Shown in pieces: positions 42,565 to 55,893 of a stretch of DNA of 64,000 nucleotides. The position numbers were made by a program, and so were the translations under genes. Each line of letters opens with the position of its first letter. Positions within the stretch are counted from its first letter, which is position 1. The DNA comes from Octopus sinensis (taxonomy: Eukaryota): contig NC_043001.1 of the NCBI RefSeq assembly GCF_006345805.1, positions 7,254,001-7,318,000 of the forward strand, given 5' to 3'. The notes beneath the pieces are model-generated. The model did not search any database and was not told the origin of the DNA. It saw only the letters and a list, made by a program, of their open reading frames with translations.

Positions 42565-43646
42565 ATATATATATATATATATTTGATAATTTTTAGAATT
42601 GTATATATTTCGTTTATTATATATGGATCATAATTCGTATCTATTTATTTTATTATAAATGCTAAGCAACACCACACATTCGCCTCCCGAGTTTCCTTTT
42701 CCATACAGTATGTGCGATTCTTTGTTTACTAATCTACGGTACGCTACGTATTTTATTTTAATATATTTTAATTAATGTATTATACAGTGCAGTACTGTAC
42801 TCCAATTGCATTCATTAATCTATTAATTTTTTACACATGAACTTGCTTATTTTAGCAATGAAATAATTAATTTCTAAAAAATATAAACACCTATCAGTCG
42901 CAGGACCCTACGATATATTGAGGAGTCCACGATTTAAATTTACATATATCAACCAGAAACATAGAGGATTTACATTGGAAACTGAGTGGTTCACATGACA
43001 TGTATTCGTGGGTCTGTCTATCCGTCTGTCCGTTCGTCCAATTGCGCCAGTATGCTTTAACTCCAGATGACATACAATGCTTAATTCCAAGCCAGTTCAA
43101 TAAGTTACTTGCAACAATTAACTAATTAAACCGGTAATACGATTAACAGTGTGTGTGTGTGTTCGTTTGTATGTGTGCGTCTATGTGTGTGAAAGAGTGA
43201 GAGAGAAAGAGAGAGTGTGTGTGTGTGTGTTTGGCCTATATGTGTTTTATGTGCGGTGTTCATTATAATACTTTTGTATCAGGAAAGAGGCAACGGAACC
43301 AGATTCATTCTTAAGGAACCCCATCAAATACATTTTCCATAAACACATTGTAACTGCTTAATTACTTTTAGATAAAGCATCTCCGAAATTCAATCATCAC
43401 GTAATCAGCTAAATGTAAACCGGAGATGACATAGACAGTTGTCAAGTTTTCTCCGTAATGAAGTCTGATAGTAATTAATATCTGTTTCTACGAAAGTACT
43501 GAGACGAAATAAGACAAACGCACCAGAATCCTACTTGATTTCATGATCTTAATGCGGCCAGTTATGAATTGTACTTTTGTATCTCCGATGAAAATGGTTG
43601 ATAGGCTGGTTCTTGGTGCAATGTTTGCTCTTTGTTTTATGATTAT

Positions 43647-43677
<31 letters not shown>

Positions 43678-43678
43678 T

Positions 43679-43728
<50 letters not shown>

Positions 43729-43734
<6 letters not shown>

Positions 43735-44139
43735 AAATAAATAAATGAAAAACAGGACTCAAAGGATGTTGCGGTACATATTTTCGGGCTTTATAGAACA
43801 CTTATTCTTACATCAATGCATATCGAGTGAAAAAACGGTTTGGACGATTTGTTTTGGAGTCTAATAATACCATGTGCGCCTATGAAGATTTACAAACATA
43901 CTTTCCCAATGATACTCGGTTTAACTACCATTATAAACAATACCAAATGTTTTTTCTCAAACCTTTTATAATGTGATACAAGTCTTTGGTGTAGCAATTG
44001 CACGCGGCTGAAGAAGGCTGTTGATCTATCTGTTATATCGATTATGCATTGATATAAGCATAAGTTGTTCTATAAAGCCCGAAGCATATGTACCGCAACA
44101 TCCTTTGCGTCCTGCTTTTCATTTATTTCATTTGATACA
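43729..44139. mobile_element. MITE with ~80-bp terminal inverted repeats, flanked by TA
   Basis: tgtatcaaat..ggactcaaaggatgttgcggtacatattttcgggctttatagaaca matches the reverse complement of 44060-44139 with a few mismatches. Confidence 0.8.
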
Positions 44140-44243
44140 TATATCCTATCACCTATGCTACTAGCTGCCATATACAGGTGCTTACATTATCAAGTATTCA
44201 CCCTGAATTTATATATATATATATATATAATATATATTATATA

Positions 44244-44277
<34 letters not shown>

Positions 44278-44352
44278 CATGTATGTATGCATGTATGTAT
44301 GCATATATATATATATATATGTGTATATATATATATACATATATATATATAC

Positions 44353-44391
<39 letters not shown>

Positions 44392-44454
44392 AATATATAT
44401 AAGTGTATGTGTATGTGTGTGTGTGTGTGTGTGTAATGTATATACATATAATAG

Positions 44455-44665
44455 TTAGTTAGTTAATCCAAACATGAAAACACAAAGAGAAAACACAACA
44501 ACCCGAGGACGTGGAACAAGTATAGTGTTATTGGAAAGCAAAGAAGGAAGGTGGAAAAACCGTTTCGAGCGGAGCTCTTCGTCAGACACATAGGAAAAGG
44601 AAAGATCCTAGGAAGGGAAGACGGAGGAAAAAATCGCCAACGGTACACACGCAGTCACATTGTTA
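44455..44665 (-). mobile_element. Penelope-like terminal repeat with mutated hammerhead
   Basis: minus strand 44558-44590 reads CTGACGA a GAGC tcc GCTC GAAA c ggt; stems I and III imperfect. Confidence 0.7.
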
Positions 44666-44705
44666 ATGTATATATATATATATATATATATATACATACA
44701 TATAC

Positions 44706-44736
<31 letters not shown>

Positions 44737-44787
44737 CATATACATATATTTATATATATATACATATATATAATATATATATATATA

Positions 44788-46723
44788 GCCCCTACTCAAA
44801 TCGTCCTGTCGAAAGACCTTGTCCTACGTCCTGGTTTTGTTTTGTTGTTTATTTTTTATTTTTACCGTTATTGTTTTACGTTTTTGTATTCTTATTGGTG
44901 TCACGTATCTGTATTTTTGTTTGTGTACTTCGATCGTTTTCCGTCCTTCGTTGTATACATTCGAAGCTTTCTTCCAGGGGATCTAATGCGCTTGGCTTAG
45001 ATTTCCCTTGGCGGGCTGGCCATATCGGAGCAATCTCAAGATTAATCAGCCGAAATTGCTAAGATGATCTGGTTCTTGACTGATGACTGAGGGCTTCGAA
45101 GTCCCGTCTGTGGTTCTTGTGTCGTCTCTGTGGTGTTTCATGTTCTTGTCCATGTCTGTATTTAATTTTACTGTTTACCTATATAATCGGCGGCTACGAT
45201 CCACAATTGTCCTTATACGATAAGATATTTTTTTCTCAAGCTTTGATACGACTCTTAATCTGTCTCTTTTTCTCTCTCTCTCCTCCTCCCTTATTCCACT
45301 TCGTTCTTTCCCTCTCCATCCGTCCCCCCCCCCTTTCTACGTTTCTTATCTCTCTCACCTCCAGCCCCCTCGATCTGTCTCTTTCTTCTCCTCCCTCGTC
45401 CACCTTCTCTCCCTTTTCATCTGTCCCTTTTCCTGTCTTTTGTTCTCACGTGACAGCTAGCCGCTGTTGAGCGCTCTTTTCGTTTTCAGCAGCCTCAGAA
45501 GCAACACGGATTTGTTCGTCTCCCCGTGGCCTTTAGGCACAACTTCACAAGCCAGCCCCTACTCAAATCGTCTGTCGAAAGACCCTTGTCCTACGTCCTG
45601 GTTTGTTTTTTGTTGTTTATTTTTTATTTTTTATTTTTACCGTTATTGTTTTACGTTTTTGTATTCTTATTGGTGTCACGTATCTGTATTTTTGTTGTGT
45701 ACTTCGATCGTTTTCCGTCCTTTCGTTGTATAATTCGAAGCTTTCTTCCAGGGGATCTAATGCGCTTGGCTTAGATTTCCCTTGGCGGGCTGGCCATATC
45801 GGAGCAATCTCAAGATTAATCAGCCGAAATTGCTAAGATGATCTGGTTCTTGACTGATGACTGAGGGCTTCGAATGTCCCGTCCTGTGGTTCTTGTGTCG
45901 TCTCTGTGGTGTTTCATGTTCTTGTCCATGTCTGTATTTAATTTTACTGTTTACCTATATAATCGGCGGCTACGTATCCACAATTGTCCTTATACGATAA
46001 TATTTTTTTCTCAAGCTTTGATACGACTCTTAATCTGTCTCTTTTTCTCTCTCTCTCCCTCCTCCCTTATTCCACTTCCTTCTTTCCCTCTCCATCCGTC
46101 CCCCCCCCCTTTCTACGTTTCTCTATCTCTCTCACCTCCACCCCCTCGATCTGTCTTCTTTCTTCTCCTCCTCGTCCACCTTCTCTCCCTTTTCATCTGT
46201 CCCTTTCTCCTGTCTTTTGTTCTCACGTGACAGCTAGCCGCTGTTGAGCGCTCTTTTCGTTTTCAGCAGCCTCAGAAGCAACACGGATTTGTTCGTCTCC
46301 CCGTGGCCTTTAGGCACAACTTCACAAGCCAGCCCCTACTCAAATCGTCCTGTCGAAAGACCTTGTCCTACGTCCTGGTTTTGTTTTGTTGTTTATTTTT
46401 TATTTTTACCGTTATTGTTTTACGTTTTTGTATTCTTATTGGTGTCACGTTTCTGTATTTTTGTTTGTGTACTTCGATCGTTTTCCGTCTTTCGTTGTTG
46501 TATACATTCGAAGCTTTCTTCCAGGGGATCTAATGCGCTTGGCTTAGTTCCCTTGGCGGGCTGGCCATATCGGAGCAATCTCAAGATTAATCAGCCGAAA
46601 TTGCTAAGATGATCTGGTTCTTGACTGATGACTGAGGGTTCGAATGTCCCGTCCTGTGGTTCTTGTGTCGTCTCTGTGGTGTTTCATGTTCTTGTCCATG
46701 TCTGTATTTAATTTTACTGTTTA

Positions 46724-46727
<4 letters not shown>
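44788..46727. repeat. 2.5 head-to-tail copies of a ~770-bp non-coding unit, bounded by (TA)n
   Basis: units start gcccctactcaaatcg at 44788, 45555 and 46332; differences are mostly small indels. Confidence 0.95.
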
Positions 46728-46758
<31 letters not shown>

Positions 46759-47047
46759 ATATATATATATAGACATACATACATATATACATATTATATA
46801 TGTATTATATATTTATATTTATATATTTATTTATTTATCTTCTACTATTTCAGTCATTAGACTGTGTCCATGTTGTAACTCTACGTTGAGAAATCAGCCT
46901 ATTTTTTCGGGAGCTTTTGCCGATCGACTAGGGTGCGTGCAGGTAAACATAACCAAACTTCTTGTCAAGCGGTGTTCGGTAGCAAACACACACACACGCG
47001 CACACACACACACACACACATACACATACACGCACACACACATACAC

Positions 47048-47078
<31 letters not shown>

Positions 47079-48087
47079 AACACGTACGTACGCATGCACA
47101 ACAGACGATGGATTCGTTCGTGTTTCCGCCTAGCGAATCCATCCGGAAGACTTTTGTCTATTGGAGGCTATAATCTGATTTGTCTACAAACGTGTTTTTG
47201 AACCAGTGTAGGCACCCTGGTGAGACAGAGTTACAGATCAGAAATCAACTAAGGGGATCAGTGATGGTTTTCAATCTGCCCCAAAAATTACTGAATTTCA
47301 CATGTATCTGAATCTAGTTACGTAGGTTAACCTATATTAAAAGATAACTTGATGGTGTATGGGCGGTGTAGCTGTTTGACAGTTCTCAGATGTGAAAATA
47401 GGTGTTTCACACGTAGCTAGCAAATCTAGTATCTCCATCTCTCTCGAGCTACCATATTTGATGCGTATATAAAAGGACTGGCTACTTGCCTTTATAAGAT
47501 TGTTGACATACTATACAGGTTAACGTACGTTTGTTTGTATATAAATATAATAATAATATAATTGTGCGTATATATATACATATATGTGGAGTGTGTGTAT
47601 GTATGTATGTATGTATATATATATATATGTACATGCATGTATATATATATATATATATTATATATAATATAGATATATATATATATATATATATGCACAT
47701 GGCACAGGACATCACCAACTAAGAACCAACATGAAGTAAGAAAACAAACGTGTTAAATAGGGATACAACGACAGAAAAATGGAAAACAACAAATAAACAC
47801 AGAGAAAGGACCCTTCTTCAGTTGTTTGCTCTCTATCTACTCTTCATTTTGAGCATTCAATGAAAATATGAGTCTTCAAAGACAGATGCTCCCAAGAATT
47901 TATTGGACCAACTGTTTTGAAGATTTTTGCACGGCCAATTTTGCTGGTCGTCTCACACATTTTCTCTCACTAAGAATCCCTACTACAAAATACAATGATT
48001 ATGTATTGAAATGATTCCAACAGGGTCAACGTTTCATCTGTAACAAAGGTATGCGAAACATCCACTAATAATACAGTTCCGTATTTA

Positions 48088-48253
48088 AGACACGAGGAAT
48101 TATATACATTATTTATGTTTCACAGATATTTGTCCTCATCTTGTATGTTGTTAGCACAACATGTCAGCTGTTATACCCTCCAGCCATTATCAGGTGTGTT
48201 GGGCAAATTTCGAAGCTGGGTTATCATTCCTAAGGTATTTTTCAATGTTGCTA

Positions 48254-48292
<39 letters not shown>

Positions 48293-48341
48293 TATTATTA
48301 TTATTATTATCATTATCATATTATTATTATTATTATTATTA

Positions 48342-48383
<42 letters not shown>

Positions 48384-48575
48384 CATTATATATATTATTA
48401 ATTTTAATTATTAACATGGAAAATACCTTAGGAATGAGAACCCAGGTTCAAAATTTCCGCCAAGACACCTGATGAAGGCTGGAGGGTATATCAGCCGAGA
48501 CGTCGTGTTAACAACAAATAAGATGAGGACAGATATCCGTCAAACGTTAATAGTGCAAATACTGTAAATAATCCA
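48088..48575. mobile_element. second copy of the hammerhead fold-back element around (TAT)n
   Basis: 48088-48250 is the imperfect reverse complement of 48413-48575; same family as 32162-32614. Confidence 0.8.
48464..48509 (+). ncRNA. minimal hammerhead, probably inactive (GAAA changed to GAGA)
   Basis: GACAC-CUGAUGA-A-GGCUG gagggtatat CAGCC-GAGA-CGUC|GUGUU. Confidence 0.7.
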
Positions 48576-49357
48576 CTGATAAGTCGAAAATAAGTAGAAA
48601 TTTACAACAGATTAAAGTGACTGAAAACTTTTTCCACGGGACTGTAGCAACAGTAGATTTACAGGAAGTGTGGCAGCCGTAGCAACAGCAGTCACTTCGA
48701 CAACGGCAGCATTATTTATAGTGTACATACAGCTGAATGTATTTAATAGAGGAACATAATGACACAAGTAGAAAAGTACGCTTTTGGCAAAAATCTATCA
48801 CGCGCTTTGTCTGCGTTGCTCACTTATTCCGAATCTCTGTGAGTTCTTCAGCCATTATTCCACAACATCGTATAAGTAGCATATGCCTGAGCAGGCTAAG
48901 TAGCGAAAGGTCCTCTTGTGACCACTAGACGAATGCCATAAACTATAAAATTAAGACATATTACTAAAGGAAATGCTGGTGCTTATATGTATATTCCATT
49001 GACATCTATTATTTCGCAAAGTAGCTATTTGCTAATTGTTTCAAAGTGCCATAAAATACAGGCCATAACTAATAAATGTGATTATACATATCCAGTGAAA
49101 AGAAAAAAAGAATTACGAAATCACAACGTTTAGAATAGCTGTGAAGAAAAAAGACAAAATGAAAGAAGAATCGAACGTAACTTGTTACCAATTCATAAAC
49201 ACTCTACAATTATGTGTATGTAATATATTCCTGAAAGCATACAATAACCTGTTGCAAAATAACAGGACGAATGTATAAGGACATGTGTGTGTGAGGTGGG
49301 TGTGAGGTGTGTGTGCGTGCAAATAGAGATATGCACGACTATGCACAATTAGGAAAG

Positions 49358-49405
<48 letters not shown>

Positions 49406-49414
49406 GTGTGTGTA

Positions 49415-49568
49415 TGTCACTGTGTGGTAAGGAAGTTGCTTTCCAGGCACAAGTATGCGGGTTCAGTGCCACTGCGTGGCACCTTCGGCAGTTTTCTTCC
49501 ATTATAACCTCGGGGCGTCAAAAGCCGTGTGAGAGGAGTAGGTAGACGGAAACCGAAAGAAGCCTCTA

Positions 49569-49570
<2 letters not shown>
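49415..49570 (+). mobile_element. 5' half of family-2 SINE
   Basis: gtgtggtaag..gcgggttcagtgccactgcgtggcacctt..gtagacggaaaccgaaagaagcc. Confidence 0.75.
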
Positions 49571-49615
<45 letters not shown>

Positions 49616-49646
49616 AGCACAAATACACATAGATAGATAGACAGAC

Positions 49647-49730
<84 letters not shown>

Positions 49731-49731
49731 T

Positions 49732-49957
49732 TACGGAGGTGTAGCTGAACAGTTCCTGGTATTGTGTAATAGAATATACAGGAGGATCAATTAATTATGA
49801 TTTTCTTTAAAATATGCCAACTTTTTTTATTCCCACACTTCCTTTACACGTTCCTTCAGTGCTTCGAAGTCCTGTAAAAGGTTTCTAAATGTTGGGCCCC
49901 CCAAACAGGCCTATTTCTACACACTTAATTCCAGGAAATTGTCAACACACCCTCGTA
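49732..49957. mobile_element. mariner-type MITE
   Basis: tacggaggtgtagctgaacagttcctgg / ccaggaaattgtcaacacaccctcgta; TA ends. Confidence 0.7.
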
Positions 49958-50609
49958 TACACTTATATATGTGTGTACGTGTGTGCGCGCGTGTCTATGC
50001 ATGTATGCATATATATATATATATATATATATACAAAACTTACACATATATATAGTTAGATAAACATATAGAGAGATATATACATACAAACATATATACA
50101 TACACGCTCTGATACTTGCGTACGTATGTGTGTGGGTGTGTGATTATGTATGTACGTATGTACGATTATATGCATGTAGGTAGGGGAAATGTGAAACGCT
50201 TTTCTTGCTGGTTTCAAGAGCCACCTGACTGGGCATGCAGATATAAGGCAGTTGCACCGTGTTGTAAAATAAAATCGAAAGCTTGCATTATGAAAAATCT
50301 TGGAATTCATCCAAGAAAAGAGGTTGCAGAAGATATTCGAAAGCATCACACTCGAGCACGAGTGGACAACTAGTATTAGGTAATTACTTATGCATGTATT
50401 GGGATAACTGTAACCACAAAATATATACACGTTCTACCATAAATTTCGGTGTCTATTTAACTAATATGCGTCCTAACAAATTCACTTCTTTCAAAATTTG
50501 TACATAGAAAATGACATTAAAAAGATGAATATTAGTCTTACAAAAAAAAAAAAAGAAAAAGAAATCTTGTTTCTGTTCCTTGCTTATGGAATACTCACAC
50601 ACTCATATT

Positions 50610-50830
50610 GACTCTCGATTGATTATGACGACGGCGTGTAGCGAACGCACGAAATTAACATGCAAGTGGCTGAGCATTCCTCAGACACGCGTACCCTTCA
50701 AGTATTTCTCAGTGACATTCAGCGTGATACAGAAAGTAAAACGTTTGGCCCCCTTCAAATACAAGCGCTGCTTATTTTTGCCATCTATGTGGACTAGAAC
50801 AACGTGGAATAAATGGTCTTATTCAGGGAG
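50610..50830 (-). mobile_element. SINE tail fragment (family-3 type)
   Basis: cacgaaattaacatgcaagtggctgagcattcc..ttcagcgtgatac. Confidence 0.65.
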
Positions 50831-51286
50831 AAAACGCGATGATGAGAATCGAAACCTGTACGAAACAATCGTGAGCAAACAACACTGAAAATCGTGCGCT
50901 AATAACACTAACAACTAAGGCACGGTCCTTCACAATTATATTTCAAAGAAATACGATGCTAGTGTCACATTCTGTCAAACAATGCAGAGACAGTGTAAAT
51001 TCGTATCTAACATGGTCTGGTGAATTGTTTTAACTTTACGTTATTACCAACTACTTAACAGTAATTGAGAATTAATGCGGAATGATAGGCGTTATAAAAA
51101 TACCGCTTCCAGAATTCAAAGAATCTCGTCAGGAATGATAGGATTATAGCACACTAAAACGGTTTCATATATCTCGTTTTCTATAGTAATAAGTATATAT
51201 TGACTTGTGGTGTGCATGGAAACCGAATTTGAAGATGATTATACACCCCCACAGACTCGCTAATAATATATATATATATATTATTA

Positions 51287-51598
51287 ATCACCGTGATCAC
51301 CGTGACCGACCAGGCTATCAGATGTTGCTACACATTGCTGGTCACAATGCGCTTTGCATTGTTTTATACTTTAAATGACGCCACCCCACTGGCTAAGCGA
51401 GCAGGCCAACAGAAGAAAGAATGAGAGAAAGTAGTGGTGAAAGAGTACAGCAGGGATAGCCACCCCCCCCTGCCGGAGCCCCATGGAGCTTTAGGTGTTT
51501 TCGCTCAATAAACACTCAGAACGACCGGTCTGGGAATCGAAACCGCGATCCTACAACCGCGAGTTCGCTACCCTAACCACTGGGCCATTGCGCCACTA
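51287..51598 (-). mobile_element. family-3 tRNA-derived SINE, well preserved
   Basis: minus-strand head gcgcaatggcccagtggttaggg (A box)..ggtttcgattccc (B box); 3' end is a tandem tcacggtga. Confidence 0.88.
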
Positions 51599-51669
51599 CA
51601 TATATATATTATTAATATTTAGCATAATTCTCGCTTATTCCAAAGCAAAACAACTCACGTCACACGAAT

Positions 51670-51830
51670 AAAAACTGTGAAGATTGGCGGTGATCTTGAA
51701 GAGTTGCGTGAGCTCAGCCACAAAGAATTGCATCTCATACCTGTGAAAATGGTGAAGGATTTATACGAATCTCTTCAAGCTAATGGACACCACATGAAAT
51801 ATTAATAAAGTACAGTCATTTCTTGAAATG
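51670..51830 (+). pseudogene. possible Tc1 transposase C-terminal remnant
   Basis: DLEELRELSHKELHLIPVKMVKDLYESL..GHHMKY* followed by an AT-rich end. Confidence 0.4.
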
Positions 51831-52311
51831 AACATTGCGTAATAAATTTTAATTAGAGATATTTTTCTGTATCCTGATTGGTTTATGTGAAATGGTGGAA
51901 AACATTTGCACAGTCGTTTCGCATCTAAATCCTTTTATTCAGAACCCCTACTACAATTTATAATGATGATGTATGGAAATGACTCCAACAGGGCGAATGT
52001 TTCTTCCGTAAAATACGTAATGCAAAACATCCAGTTATAAGATGGCAATTAGAAGAAATTTACAATAGAATGAAGTGCCGCAAGACTTTTGCACGGTACT
52101 CTACTACCAATGTTAATGATTAAGTATTAAACGGCAATCTTAAGAAGGCCGAGCAAAATGATTCGCAGCATTTCAACCGCCTTTTTACTGAGATCAAGTT
52201 CTGCTAAGGTTGACTTAGCATTTCATCCTCTCGGAGTCGATAAAATAAGTACCAGTCGTACATTGAGGTCGGTGTAATCGACTTAGCTCCTCATTATTAT
52301 TATTATTATTA

Positions 52312-52720
52312 CTTTTTTTTTTCTTCTTTCAAATTTGCTTCCATTTCTTGCCGAGTGTCTTCCCGACTCCTAGGGCAAAGAAACTCATAGTATTCATTGG
52401 TAGGCCATTAAACCAAACTCAGTAGTTCGTTCATTTAAAAAAAAAATTTTTTTTAAGTTAAATTAAAATACATGAGCAGCAACAGTTCTCACATCGACAA
52501 TGCTCTTCTCAATACGTGTGATGTACCAGTTAAGACAATCTTTTGCACTTCTTGCAGGGATGGTAAGCCAGGGATCATTCTCATATAATTTTCGGTTCCC
52601 TTCTTGATCATTCCTAGTGCTCCTACGATCACTGGTATTGTAACCGCCTTGAGATGCCACATTTTCTCAATTTCAATGAGTAGGTCTTTATATTTTCTGA
52701 GCTTGTCAAACTCTTTCGCT

Positions 52721-52721
<1 letters not shown>
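52312..52721 (-). mobile_element. short 3' fragment of an R4/Dong-clade element in (TAA)n
   Basis: AKEFDKLRKYKDLLIEIEKMWHLKAVTIPVIVGALG..VQKIVLTGTSHVLRKALSM*, stop at 52489-52491; (TTA)n on both sides. Confidence 0.9.
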
Positions 52722-52802
<81 letters not shown>

Positions 52803-52902
52803 CATCATCATCATCATCATTATTATTATCATTATCGTTATAATTATGATTATTATTTTGTTTGACTACTAATTTGCATTTATTATTATTATTATTATTA
52901 TT

Positions 52903-53460
52903 GAGTGAGAGAGCAGTTCATGCCATCAAAGTGACACTGGGGTAAAATATATGAAGCCCAATATACCCATCATGACTACCCGTCTGATAAGGGTACACCA
53001 GGCACATGCATCACAACCATATGTGCGCGACATGGTGATCTCATATCAAGATAAACAGCGCATCACCTTGCAGGTGGGACCCAGTTAGAATTTTCTTCAG
53101 GTTGAGTAGCCCATCCCGCTCAAAAGGTCCCTGAATAAGGGTTGTTTAAGGATGTTGAAAGAACCACCCATGTTTCCTGAGGTGAATTATTCAAACCCCA
53201 AAGAATCCCTCTCAACACATGGCTATGATGCTCCTCCACTACTTCTGCTCGTGATAGGAGATGCACATACCGTTAGCCACTGATGGACATGCTCAACTGG
53301 TTAAGATCAAACAACTGACAAGCAAATCTGTGGTATTGAGCAGAATATTTGCTGTAGCCCATTTTTATACCAAGACAAATCAATGTACATGATAACACTT
53401 CCAATCAGTTAAGATCAGAAGCCATGATGGCCACTGCCTGGTACTGCATCAGGGCATTTA
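52903..53460. mobile_element. ~560-bp non-coding element inserted in (TTA)n, variant A
   Basis: sharp ends gagtgagagagcag..gcatcagggcattta, flanked by (TTA)n; four copies in the window. Confidence 0.8.
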
Positions 53461-53483
53461 TCATTATTATTATTATTATTATT

Positions 53484-54540
53484 CTATGTTTGACTTTTGC
53501 TTTATATTTGTACAAGTTGGCTCCAAGTCTCACCCAGAGACCTCAAGAGACAACAGGGTTGGAAGTTCATGTTGTTGTTATGCCTAGTGTGCCATATATT
53601 TGGGGGGTGGGGATGTTGTACTAATGAATGTCTAAAAAAAAAAGGTTTTTTTTTTTTTTTTTTAAACCGAAAACGAAATTATGTTGTTTTAAACCTTGAG
53701 ATTACATAGAGAGTATTTTGCGTAGGATATGAGCAGTTCCCATGAGCACTATCTTTTGAACTTCTGCCATTTTTGGGTTTCCTGGTATCTGAGTTAGGTA
53801 GCTATCAGCCCCTTTTGCTATCATTCCCAGGGCACCTATGACAACAGGTATTGTTTTAGTCTTCAGCTTCCACATTTTGCTGATTTCTATTTCAAGATCT
53901 TTATATTGCTCAGTTTTTGGTAGGTCTTGACAGATACGTTTATATCGATTGGGACAGTCATATCAATGAGGAGGCATGTTCTTTGTTTGAAGTTTTTCAA
54001 TATGATGTCTGGCCTATTTGCATCTATCTTCCTGTCAGTTTGAATGGTGAAGTTCCAGAGGAGTGAGATGTGGTCATTTTCAAGCACTGGGGGTGGTTTG
54101 TGTTCCCACCAGTTTTTTTCATGGGGCAAATCCAGGTTTTTACAGATTACCCAGTGAATATATTGTGCAGCTCTATGCCTCTATCGTGCCTGTTGAGATA
54201 CTCTGTAGGCGCTAGAAGACTGCACTTGGAGACCACATGGTCAATGGTTTCATTTTGTTGCTTGCATACACGACACGTTGGACTGCTTCTGATCTTTAAT
54301 ATGTTGGCCTGGTAGTTTCTTGTTGGTAGGCATTGATCTTGAGCTGCTATGATAAACCCCTCTGTTTCAGATTTTAAGCCAGAGGCCATTAGCCATTGAT
54401 GGGTCAGGGCTTTGTCGATATCTGCATTATTCGCTCTCTTTGGGTATTTGCCATAGAGAGGTTTTTCTTGCCATTTATTATTCAGAATATCCAAGGCCGC
54501 AGTTTTGGCACGGGTTTTCATGCGCCTAGCTTTTTCTAGC
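53484..54540 (-). mobile_element. 5'-truncated R4/Dong-clade element, copy 1 (frameshifted by small indels)
   Basis: ORFs 54147-54521 and 53887-54129 carry AAQDQCL, CRVC..H..C and RPD..LID. Confidence 0.93.
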
Positions 54541-54546
54541 TTATTA

Positions 54547-54586
<40 letters not shown>

Positions 54587-55141
54587 GAGTGAGAGAGCAG
54601 TGCATGCCATCAAAGTGACACTGGGGTAAAATATACGAAGCCCAATATACCCATCATGACTACACGTCTGATAAGGTACACCAGGCACATGCATCACAAC
54701 CATATGTGCGCGACATGGTGATCTCATATCAAGATAAACAGCACATGAACTTGCAGGTGGGGCCCAGTTAGAATTTCCTTCAGGTTGAGTAGCCCATCCC
54801 GCTCAAAAGGTCCCTGAATAAGGGTTGTTTAAGGATGTTGAAAGAACCACCCATGTTTCCAGATGTGAATTATTCAACCCCAAAGAATCCCTCTCAACAC
54901 ATGGCTATGATGCTCCCCCACTACTTCTGCTCGTGATCAGAGATGCACATATCGTCAGCCACTAAGGGACATGCTCAACTGGTTAAGGCCAAACAACTGA
55001 CAAGCAAATCTGTGGTATTGAGCAGAATATTTGCTGTAGCCCATCTTTTATACCAAGACAAAACAATGTACATGATAACACTTCCAATCAGTTAAGATCA
55101 GAAGCCACGAGTCACTGCCTGGTACTGCATCAGGGCATTTA
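54587..55141. mobile_element. ~560-bp (TTA)n-inserted element, variant B
   Basis: same ends as variant A, with diagnostic substitutions (gcagtgcatg, taagggacatg). Confidence 0.8.
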
Positions 55142-55153
55142 TTATTATTATTA

Positions 55154-55212
<59 letters not shown>

Positions 55213-55312
55213 CATCATCATCATCATCATTATTATTATCATTATCGTTATAATTATGATTATTATTTTGTTTGACTACTAATTTGCATTTATTATTATT
55301 ATTATTATTATT

Positions 55313-55870
55313 GAGTGAGAGAGCAGTTCATGCCATCAAAGTGACACTGGGGTAAAATATATGAAGCCCAATATACCCATCATGACTACCCGTCTGATAA
55401 GGGTACACCAGGCACATGCATCACAACCATATGTGCGCGACATGGTGATCTCATATCAAGATAAACAGCGCATCACCTTGCAGGTGGGACCCAGTTAGAA
55501 TTTTCTTCAGGTTGAGTAGCCCATCCCGCTCAAAAGGTCCCTGAATAAGGGTTGTTTAAGGATGTTGAAAGAACCACCCATGTTTCCTGAGGTGAATTAT
55601 TCAAACCCCAAAGAATCCCTCTCAACACATGGCTATGATGCTCCTCCACTACTTCTGCTCGTGATAGGAGATGCACATACCGTTAGCCACTGATGGACAT
55701 GCTCAACTGGTTAAGATCAAACAACTGACAAGCAAATCTGTGGTATTGAGCAGAATATTTGCTGTAGCCCATTTTTATACCAAGACAAATCAATGTACAT
55801 GATAACACTTCCAATCAGTTAAGATCAGAAGCCATGATGGCCACTGCCTGGTACTGCATCAGGGCATTTA
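55313..55870. mobile_element. ~560-bp element, duplicate of variant A
   Basis: matches 52903-53460 at an offset of 2410. Confidence 0.8.
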
Positions 55871-55893
55871 TCATTATTATTATTATTATTATT

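Noticed and set aside
45078-45110. CTGATGA motif in the 770-bp unit as a canonical hammerhead, C/D box or SECIS
   Set aside because: No GAAA after a closing stem II, no paired C and D boxes with a guide, and no opposing GA quartet.
48885-48915. cctgagcaggctaagtagcgaaaggtcc as a hammerhead
   Set aside because: The core is CUGAGCA rather than CUGANGA, and stems I and III cannot form.
51520-51598. tRNA gene
   Set aside because: The A and B boxes belong to a SINE head that continues into SINE body sequence, and no full cloverleaf is evident; the same applies to the other family-3 heads.
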